From: Phoronis australis
Lineage: Eukaryota > Animalia > Phoronida
DNA: 50,960 bases
NCBI GenBank assembly: GCA_002633005.1
Contig: NMRA01000111.1
Span: 1 to 50,960, forward strand
Reading direction: 5' to 3'
Shown: in pieces, positions 1 to 11,083 of the stretch
Layout of the letters: every line of letters starts with the position of its first letter
Position numbering within the stretch: position 1 is the stretch's first letter
Notes under the pieces: generated by a model
Database searches by the model: none
What the model was told of the DNA's origin: nothing
What the model saw: only the letters and a program-made list of their open reading frames with translations
Made by a program: the position numbers and the translations under genes

Positions 1-274
1 AAGGAGGCCATAGCCCCCCCTAAAATTATCCCAGATACCATTTGGCAATTGGGGGTGCGAATTGCTGACTAACACATGCGCACACCCAGGGGGGCTCGGC
101 GGGAGACGAATGCACATATAGGCCCTGATCAAACCCCATTTACCGTTTTTTTTGGTAATGAGGTCCACAAACCCAAAATTTCGAGACCCCTGCAGTCCTA
201 CGTTTTAGGCTGGGCGCGCGCATGCGGCGAAATTCTGGTTATTCCCCCCTAACTCAAAATACTGGATCCCCCTG
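1..274 (+). mobile_element. Non-autonomous DNA transposon (MITE), right part; same family as 43188-43501
   Basis: Collinear similarity to 43210-43501 (gccatagccccc..taaaatt.., ggtgcgaattgc, taggctgggcgcgc, aactcaaaat.ctggatcc..cctg). Confidence 0.8.
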
Positions 275-861
275 CCTACACTATCGATTTGGATTAACTC
301 AGTCAACAAAGAAACTGTTGAGGTGCTTCAATGTAACATTGGACATGTACACAGCATCCTAGCACCAAAGCTCTTGCATTGTAGGTCTGTTTCAAATAAA
401 ATGAGCCGAAAAATGCCTGAAAGTTTTTTTTCTTAATGAAGACGGTTTTCTCATAAAAATGATCAGAGAAAACGTAAATGTTATAGAGAACGATAAAACT
501 GGCGAGAAATCAAGTCAAAGTAAGCAGCATACCCGATGAGGGAGCCAAAGGCGCATCTAGGATATCGTGAGTGGGGTCAAGGCTGTTAATTTTGTGAGTG
601 TGTGCCCAACACACGTACATAGCCTAGTACATGCCTACGAATAATGCGCTGCCGGCCGGCAGCTTGGCTGGGGCCCCGGCCGCCTAAGACTAAGTGCTAC
701 GTAGCCTGCTGCCTGCGCTGCGGCCTCCAGTCCTTTGGCTTGTCTGGGGCCATTTTCACGAAAGACGTCGCTCCAGTCGGTTAGCAGTGTTGGCCTACCG
801 TGTAGTAAATGGATATTAATGTTTACAAGGGAGTGTGTCCTGGTTCCCGGGACTCATAATA

Positions 862-942
862 TGACGTCACGGATTGCAACCAACCTCGAGGGTCTGTGCA
901 GGAGACTACCACAGGCGCTTGGGTTTATCGCAAATGACGTCA
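862..942. promoter_or_regulatory. Two perfect palindromic CRE (TGACGTCA) sites in the AKAP10 upstream region
   Basis: TGACGTCA at 862-869 and 935-942, in CpG-rich DNA 220-300 bp upstream of the ATG. Confidence 0.55.
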
Positions 943-1160
943 CTCAATATTTTATAAGAAATACAAGGGATTACGTACGGCGATCCTGTTGGACTCAACT
1001 AGCACTAAATGAGTATCGCAAATTCACGCAATGGCCGATAAATCAAGAAGGAAGCTGCGAGTGCACTTTGCTCCGCCTCTTTGAGTGCTAACCTTTATTA
1101 TGTGGCCGTAATCAAATAGTGTTTAACTGATTTTGCAAGAATGAAGCATTCCTAATAAAA

Positions 1161-1185
1161 ATGCCATTCTTTAAAAAAAGATCCG
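1161..1185 (+). CDS. AKAP10: AKAP10 coding exon 1 (MPFFKKRS)
   Basis: AAAATG start, G|GTAAG donor, phase 1; resembles MSFFRRK. Confidence 0.85.
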
Positions 1186-4100
1186 GTAAGTTGGTAAGGG
1201 CTAACGTTGCTGTGTAGACAGAGTTCTCGTTTTCAAAGTTTCATGAGCTAATGTCTTGATGAGTGTTGAGTGGGAGTTCTGCGGAATGATTATTTTGCCT
1301 TCGGCCATGCATTGTTTTGAACTCATAGTTTTGTGAAAAGTACATTGTTTACTCATGACACCATGTGCGTAGTGTTAAACCTGACTCTGAGTTTTTGATT
1401 CGGTACTGGTCTCGTACAGTGCTTTTGAAGAAAATTATATGAGTTCCTAACTTGATATTAGGATAGTAAAAGTCGCCAAGAAAAGTAGCGAAGCGAAAAA
1501 GTTGGACATGTAAAGATTGGCTTGAGCACAAGAAGAGCAGATGCTGACTTGTGCACACTTGTCATTGGTTACTTTACACCTGATACACAGGAGATAACTA
1601 TATATCTTTACAACATTGCCCCCACCATGTCTTTTGGAGGTTGTGAGCACCCAAGCGTCGGGTCAACTTCAAACCTAAACAACCATCATGCTATGAACAT
1701 TCCCACTAAATAAGATTGGTTCTAACCCCAGTGCTTAAGGTAAACGGTGGGGTATGGAAAATTGAACTAGACCGTATTTATCCACCTTGGCTGAGTCGCG
1801 CTCGGCTCACGATCAAAGGGATGCCGCCAGGCTGCTCTATTCATCGAGTCATGAGCGAGGATAATTGGCTTCGCTCATGCGGATATGATCAGCTGATTGC
1901 AATCTAGCTAGCAGACTGTACTTTTTATGGAGAGAGTTTTACATAGTTTTTACTGTAATATTTGAAAAGAGGAGCGAAAACAAATATGAGTACAACTTTG
2001 AATTTTTCAAATCGGCCCAGGATAAGAGATTTTGCAACACCGCAACACTCACGATTACTTTCAATCGGTGCGCACGAATACAAAAATATAGGACCCAAGT
2101 TATTTAGATTTTGGAACACATGCATTGCAATATTCAAAATACGTTTATTATGAATCTTACAAACTGTAGAACGATGTTGTTTAATTTCATTGTGCTCATT
2201 CATTGTCATCAGTCAAATCGGCAATTTCCGAGATGTGATCTGCGGCGTGCGCGTATGTGTACAAAACACGTGATTGTTATGTTCCTGAAGTACGAAAATT
2301 AAGAAACTTTAGCATGCCGTTATTATTGACAGGGACACGATAAAACGAATTTGTATTTTGACTACAGTCTTGATACAGCGAGCTAGCTGACCACTGCGTC
2401 AGTGTCTCCGTTAGACCCAGAAATTTCACACAGCCCGGGTAGTTCACTTCGTCCCCAACATGTAGATCGAGCCTTGGATTATTACTNNNNNNNNNNNNNN
2501 NNNNNNNNNNNNNNNNNNNNNNNNNNNNNNNNNNNNNNNNCAATTATTCACGCATGCTGACTCACAATAGAAGCCTGATAAGAGTGAAGGTGGATAAATG
2601 CTGTGTTCCTACAGTTTCTTGATTTAGTGGATGTGTTCACGACATGACATCCTAAGACAGAAGATATTCTGTGAATTACGCTTAAATATGGCTAATCTCT
2701 CAAAGTTACCTTTCAAGTGTAGATGGACATCGTTGTTTTCGGGGGCAGCTGAAGTTTTTAAATCCTTCCAACTCGAACTAATACTCCCGCAGTCTGCTTT
2801 TTTCTGAATGGTCATTTGTTTTGTCAACGAAATTGAAGATTGGTCGATGCCACAATCAGTAGGCTGATGACACACGCGTATTTGATTTGCAAACTTCTAG
2901 ATTGATTTAGCCAGAGCAATTGTCTCCAAGTCAATTCAATTAAGCACTCTTTAACTCTTTATACTACTCTTTCATCACTAAGTTTGACATCAATTACGCT
3001 TTTGAAATTTCAAAATATGGTATGAGTGACATTTCATGATTCTGGGAGTGTGGCCAGGCAGTGCCTCTGTTCCCTGAGGTTGGAAGTAGAAATTAGGGGT
3101 CTTGCCAGTTGTGTCCTACCGTGTAACCGAGTGTAGCTCTCTGAACTGCTTGCCAGAGGCAATTTTGCTCTATGGCTGACAAGGCCCAGTTGCACGACCA
3201 GCAACAGTGTAGCCATTGTGACACCTCATTTTTTACTTCCATATAAATTCTGTAGAATTAACTCTTACATGGTAGAATAAAAAATATTTTTCCTGAATTT
3301 TCAAATGGTGTAACTACTTAATAGAAAATCGGTCAAAAGGCTAAAGTTGTACATGTGATAAAAGAACCCATTTGTGTCACGTTTATACTTTAATTTAAAA
3401 AGAATCATTTTCACTAAACTGCATTTTTTGCGTCATATGCGTAAATTTTTCAAAATGTAAACTTTGCACTATTCTACTTCACATGTGTTTGAATAAAGCA
3501 AGATTTTGTGCATACATGTAGTAAACTAGTTGGCAAGAGACACCTAAGCTATAGCTGTGTAAAGAGAACAATCGAGAAATGACTGCCCCAGCACTGTGTT
3601 ATGTCTGATTTCTACCAAGAATAATTGGTCTTGATCTATTGATGAGACACATGTGAGTAAATTTCATGATGATTGGACAAGAATTGTAGCCTGTTTTGGC
3701 CTGTGAACAAACAAAAAATCTCGACGGAGCAATATACTTGGCGAAATCTCATTTCACCAAGAAATAAGTTTGTTTATCAAATTGTGGCTACTACTGAGCA
3801 AGGAGTCTGCCCCTGACAATTTTTGTAACTTAAACAATAACCACTATGTCCGATTAAATTTTTCCTAATGGCAAGTTGATGGGTAAACACTGTGAACTAT
3901 AAGTCAGTACAAACAGTTGTTGCTATTGTAAAATAGAAACTTGTAGATGTAAAAAAGTCACTTACTTAGAGACGTGGTTGGTTGTTAGCAGATGTTTTGA
4001 CCTGGTCTGCCAGGTCTTTGTCGATGAATGAGGGATTTCCCGCCTTTCGCTCGTTAAGAATGCTGTAGTACACGGGGGGTAAGTGGAGTCCTCTGGCCCG

Positions 4101-7100
4101 CTTTAGGAGGGGCGCTGACTGTGCATACTCGTAAGCTCAAAGAGGCCATAAACATCAACAGTCAGCATTCTTAACGAGCGAAAGGCAGGAAATCCCTCAT
4201 CCATCGACAAAGACCTGGCGGACCAGGTCGAAACATCGGCTAACAACCAACCACGTCTCTAAGTAAGTGACTTTTTTACATCTACAATGCCTCTAGAGAC
4301 CAATGACTAACATATTCTCCAAAATAGAATTTTGTTTTGTTGAACAGCAAAGCAGTCCAAAGACCAGAGCCAATCCAATAAACAGCCGGCAGGAAGACCT
4401 GTGGTGCCCCCTGCACAGAAACCTGAATCGCCTAATGCGGACATTGGTAAGTAGTCTCACAGCTCTGTCTGTGGTGAAGAAGTACTATAATCTCATTGAA
4501 AGTGACGTTTTAATTAAAATTTGTAAAAGCAGAAGTTAAAGGCATTCGTTTTTGGTGTTTTACATTTTGAAATAATTTAGAATTATAGATTCATAGACTA
4601 GCAACAGTATTAAAAATAGCACTGTGTCCAATCAGTTCCTGGGCTCAACATATGCAAGTTAACACTAAAAATACGAGTGGAAAGTCTAAATTATGAGTAG
4701 AAAATTGACCTCACTTGTATCACTCCTACGGGCATTGAGGGGACGTCCAGCATTTTTTGGTTGCTGCAGCATGCCCATCTGTAGACCAGTTGATTGTGTC
4801 CAGTGTTTCCTATGACCTGTTTTGAGAAATCATGTGTCCTCTTAATAATCGCTATTTAAACATTCGAGTGAATGTCATTAAAGGCTTGGCGAGCCTGAAA
4901 ATCGAGGTGTGAGCTCTTTAACGGCTGAGCCAGATAGTCAACTAGATCACCCAAGAATTATGAATGACGTACATTGACTAGAAGTCCAAAGGAGTTCCGG
5001 TAACTGTGAGACTAGTTGCCAACGTGACAGTCAAATCTGCACTCTCTAAGCCACATGTGTATTCGATAAGCTAAGTATGCAACTTCAAATAAAAGGAAAT
5101 ACATGTTGAAGTGCCCGACACAGACAGAAATCTACTTGGAGATGTGACTGGCTGCATATTGCCACTTGTGTTCCCGGATGTAGGTTTGTAAAAAGTGGGG
5201 GCCAAAAAAAATGTCGGGCATTGACCCGGTGCTGGTACGAGTGAAAGGAATTTTCGCTCATGCTTTTAATTTTTTTCCACTCGTAATTTAGAGTCCACCG
5301 GAGCATTGGTCATCTTGGACATTGTCTTGTTAGCCTCTTCTGCAGCACCTTTAAGAATGGTCGAGTTGTGAAATTGACACCAGGTCTAAAGTCTACCTCA
5401 GCCTCTCATACTACGTAACAAAGTTATTCGCCATATGAACTATTTTTTCTGGCAGTTTTTAGAGCCAAATCACGGATCTGTTCACATCTGAAGCTGAAGT
5501 ATCTGTTGTTTTACACATGACATTTTGTGGCAGACCTTCTCTTCCTTGTTTGGCACATTTTCAGTGTTAATGGAGCACCAAGTAATGGAATTTGCTCTAA
5601 TTCGAAGTGTTTCAAGGCTTTTTATTGTATGCCAAACTAGTTCTTGAATACGTAACCTACATTAGACTCAAGATTTTTTTCTTGTGAACTTTGCATTACA
5701 CCATTCTCGCTCATCGATATGTCATTCGGCCTGAGCATAGGAAGTTTTTCATCATTCAAGTGATACGCCATCTTTTGAAAAGATATGAAACATGTTGAGC
5801 AGGAAAATGCTGGATTGAGCAACCAAATTACTTTGCATACGAATGTCAACGTGGTTTTGTGAAAACAAGTTGTTAATTAATTATTATGCGAGGTTGACAG
5901 CTGGGCGATAGAGCTAGTGTAATTTTGGCACCCGGCTTAAAACTTAGTCATCTTGGGGAACTGGGCGACTGCTAAGATATATCCCCGTACAGTTATTAAA
6001 TCTAAATATTTATTATTATAGTGCTTTACAGGAAAGCTACATTATGGATAAATGATAGGGTTTTGCAGTGGCTCTGTTTACATAAAACGGCACAATTAAT
6101 AACGATGGGCTTTAGTCAAAAGAGTTCTCTTTCAAAGTGCCATTATTGACATCCCTTTTTAAGTTAGGTTCAATGAACTATCACTGTTGTGAAATTTGAA
6201 ATTGCAGGACTTCCCACGGATTTGCTAAGCAATGAAGCTGCTAAGCAGAAAATAACACTGCTTCCGCTCAACCGAAATCTGAGCAATAATGACAGCTACC
6301 AAGAAATGGGCGACTTAGGTATTTTTCTCTTAACTTTCTCCTTTAAACACAAAAGATATGCTGACATTGTAATACAGGTGGCATGAAAAAATGCTGATAA
6401 GATGGAAAGTTGTTCAAGTCTGTGGTCAAAGTTTAAAAACTGTATATTTAGTTTGACGTGTTTTACTTTGTTTGCGCTGTGAACGCATGCACCTGATTTT
6501 AATGAAAATCTGGTCATTGTTTTATGAAAATAGTTGCAGATTTAAGTGGTTAGCACTTCTCTACTTTGCCCACAGTTTTGAGTATTTTATTTTAGAAGCT
6601 TACAAATTGAACTGCGTTTGAAGTTCTTGCCTTGAGGGAAACTTGGTCGTTGCACTGGATGTTTCTAGTAATGAACTCTGTTGGAAACTGCAATATCGCT
6701 GCCACCATGAACTAACCTTTCATGTTACAAGTGAATGGGTCATAGAATAAACAAAATGGCTCGTTGAAGTACATATGTCATATACCATTGTTGCCCTCTA
6801 TGGTATTATGACACATGATGGATTATACTACTATCAAACACTTGCTGAGCCCTACTTCATGAACAATGAAATGTTTGTGTTAATCTCCTAATACATCTTT
6901 TGTGAGATTGAATTGTTTTTTGTAAATTCTTGTTCGGAGCATTCGACCAAATTTCAGTCGTCAGCCTTAAGCTACCTCTGTTGACACACGCCTCTCTATT
7001 ACGTGTTTCAGGTCACCCATCTCTGTTGACATCTGACAATCCTCGCGTGACATCGAGGCTGTCTAAAAGTCTCATGGAAGTTATCAATGATAAGAATGCT

Positions 7101-10100
7101 TTGCCACTTCTTATACAATACATGGAAACTAGGGACGCTGTGCACTTCATCAAATTCTACTTAGATGCTGAAAGTTTCCAGGCAGCCTCATGGACTCGTA
7201 TACGGTCACATTCAATGAACACTGACAGTAAATCTAATGTGCTTAATGGAAAACCTGAGAGCAGTCTATCTGCCACAAGCACAAATCCTGGTAGCGGTCA
7301 GAAAAACTCCAGCATCAGTGACAACACTAGCCGTTTATCAAATTGTGCAACTGCCACCGAGACGCTACATTGTGAAAACACAGGAAAGGCTAGTGACTGT
7401 TCTAGCAGTAGACTTGAAGTTAGTCATAACCACTTAGCAACAGAATGCAATACAGAATCCACACAGTCTCGGACGTTGAATGGTGCTGTTGGTGTGAGGT
7501 TAGAGAGTACTGTGCCAGACTCACACAGACAATCATCACATTTGGACACAACACATGAAAATGTGTTTGGACAAAGACTTCGGCAAAGTATGGATATGTT
7601 ATTTGGTTGATGTTGCAATGGCATTGGAAATTGTTTTTGTCTAAATAATGAGTCCGAATTTGAGTTTGTTTATTAACATCTCTATCTCCTCTAACCTCTC
7701 TATCTACCAAACTACTTGAAGAATCATGAAAATTCGCAGATGTGTTGCTGCCAAGTAGCCTGCAGCTGACGTTGATTTTTAGACAATCCTAACTACTGAG
7801 GCGCCCCATGATGGCAACTTTTTTGCATCCACAACTGTATCTCCTTTGCCCTTAGGAGAATATTTGTGAAATTTGTCAAATGTTTTCCTGCAAATGATGC
7901 CAAGGTTTGGATGGGTTCGACTATTGCTGTGCTCCCCAGTGGCAATTTTAGTATGTATGTTTACCTCTGTATCTTCAGAGTTCCGTGACAGATTTTCACA
8001 AAATTTGGCCTCTAGACAACATGTTCTCATGAATTAAGTTGATATATTCTGCGCCATCTAGTGGCCGCTTTTTATTTATGAGTTTTTGTTTTTGCGTTTG
8101 CCCCTCTGTCTGCCAAACCTGTCCAAGGATCAGTATGGAAATTGGCAGATGTGTTCCAGCTGAGAAGGCCATGACTGGGGTTGATACGAATGGGTTTAAG
8201 TACTAACGGCAAATTTGTTTTGATTTATATACACAGTTGTATCTCCTAAATCCCTTACATTATCTTTGTGAAGTATGGCAAGTGTGGTCCTATATACGTG
8301 GCAATAGATGACAACTTCCTTTCACACGGATGTGGCTGCTGCGGTGCCTCATAGTGGCAATTCTATTGGTTGCATTGACCTCTGTATTTTTGGAGCTCCT
8401 TATCGGATTTTCATGAAATTTGGAAAATAAGTTTCTATTGTCAAGGTGAAGAGGCCATCCCGTTTTTGAATGTGTGCAACATAGAGATCCTTCTTTGTAC
8501 TAATAAACACTTGTAGAAGCTTACAATTTGTGGTGAAGTGGTGGGTGCATTTGAACGCTTTGCCTTGCCCTGTTACAGTGGTTCGTGTATTAGGATGTCA
8601 AAAGTTTCTGAGAACACGTGCTTTGTGGCTTTAAGGTGAAGTCAGACCAGTTACATTTGCCGGTAACGCTGGGAGCATCTCAGAAGGCTCAGAGAAAGTA
8701 TCAATGTATGGGTTTATCTATAAGAGATGAGATCCAGAGTATGAGCATGGTGCCATTACTTGTTACTACTGGGTGATATGTGTGCTTTCTTCAGCAGTAA
8801 GCCTTGTTTGTGTTATCCTGCCTTGTTGAGTCAACTTCATGTGTCTGTTCAATGGAAGTTGTTTAGCTTTATGTTTCGATATGTTTCAGGTATTGAGCGT
8901 GATGCTGTTAGTATTTATTCTAAGTACATTGCGTTGGATTGTTCACATCCCATTGGTATCTCCGAGGCATTGCGAAATTCTACCGTTCGTAAGTACTTTG
9001 CTCAATGTTTTGGCTCATGCCTTTTTAAATTTTTTATGGATAAACTCTCTTAAACTGTGATCAAGCTCTTGAGAAGAGTAGCATCAAGTAAAATGCCAGT
9101 GTATTTGTCAAAATATGTCAGCTGTGGTTTCATATAGGAAATAGATCATGGAAGTGCTTGAATATAAAAGTAAGAAAATACTGCGTGTAAATTTATAGAA
9201 TTTTCTCTGTTATGGTCTTTGCCCTTTGTCAAATTAAAAGTGATCTTGTGTATCACCTGGTGGTATTTTTTGTTTTCAGACAAAATTTGTGGCGAGGATG
9301 GCCATGTGGATCCGTTGTGTTTCGTTGATTGTCAGAAGTTTGTCGTGGAGGTCATGGATAAAGAGTGAGTGTATTCACGTGCAGATGAACACTTCTTTCC
9401 GACCTTGAGTTACCTCATTAGAGCTGATTTTACATTCAGCAAGTTTGTTTCACATAATGATGGCCTCATTGATAGGAGCTCACTATCTCATCAGTGCTCG
9501 TTTTAGATTCAGGAAGTTTGTTTGACAGAGTTATAACCCCCCATGACAGGGGCTCACTATGTGCTTTATCTTGTAAATGTTCGTTGTGTTATTGAAGTTA
9601 ATGTCGTTCATTCATTTATTTATTCATTATTGTCCTGTTGTATATATTCGTCATCTTGTTGCATGTGTCAATCATGGTGTATTAAGTGATAATTTGGATA
9701 TTAGATTATTGGTTTGTATTTCATTTTGATACTGAAACGGAATTCCTATTTTCAGGTACTATCCTGACTTCTTAAAAAGTGAATATTACTGCAAAGTAAT
9801 CATTGATATTTTAACCAGTGGCAAGGTCTACTTGGCTGATGTTCTTTATAACGACACAGCGATGTTTTACTTTACAGAGGTATGTGATAACCTCATTTTG
9901 TCAAGTATTGCAATGTTTGACTTGATAAGATACGGTTGACCTTCATCCTATTGATCTCAAAATAATAGGAAGCCAAACAATGAATCTTTTTTTGGTGTTT
10001 GTCAGAAATTACGATCATCAAATATTTCATTGGGAAATTACGTTGTTTGCTACTCTGTACAATCATTTTTGTGAAAGACACAGTTTTTCAGTTTGATTTC

Positions 10101-11025
10101 TCAGTCTAAGAAAGCCATCTTTTACTGGCATACCATCGCATAATCAATAGTACCATAATGATGCACAACTAAGTGTACGAGTGACAGTTATACAGGGTTC
10201 CATCTGGAATTTAATAAACTGCTTTGGAATTTCTGTAATGACTTAATTTGATACTACTAATTGGTTTTAAAACTGGATAATCTATTAACAAAATTTACTA
10301 ACATGGATTTGCTTCTGTTTCACTTTTCCAGTATATGGAACAAGAAGGTGCTATGGGGCTGATTCAGTTCTGGATGGGGGTAGATAACTTTCAACAGCAC
10401 CTAGTGGACATAGGTGCTAAGTATGACCCCGCTGAGGCACAGACTGATGCCATGGTGTTGTACGATAGGTATGCCTAGACATTGTGTTTAACAGATACAA
10501 GTACCGTCGTACCACTGTTTTGTTTTTGTGTCGACATTGTTGTTTGATTCTCGTTTAGCGAGGGGTCTATGATAGTGACTGGCTTGAGTTTTCACTACAT
10601 ATTTAGCCTTTTTACAGATCTGTTACATCTGACAGTATGACTTTTGTGCTTTTAACTGGTTTGACTTTTGGTGGCACAATGTTTCAGATACTTTTCACTG
10701 CAAGCCAGTGAGCCCCTGGGGTTTGACGATTCTGTAAGGTTCCAGGTGGAATCCAATATATGCAGGGAAGGTGGTCCACTACCTGACTGTTTTGTTGAAG
10801 CCAAGAAAATTGTACTCAACACAGTGGATCAGGTAATAGTAAAAACGTTTCTGTGTTCGACATGGCGTGTCCCTTGGTATTGTAAATGTTTGCATGTTTA
10901 TGGATATGAAAAGTCAAGATCTTGGCAAGAAGGTTTTGAAAGGACAGAAATTGTCCGATAATACCTCAGCTTCATGTCAGTTTTGTAAAGTTAAGATGTT
11001 TCAAATAGGATTCCAGAAATGTATT

Positions 11026-11083
<58 letters not shown>

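Noticed and set aside
735-1091. 118-aa ORF upstream of AKAP10
   Set aside because: Non-ATG start, no recognisable homology, and it overlaps the CpG-rich promoter region.
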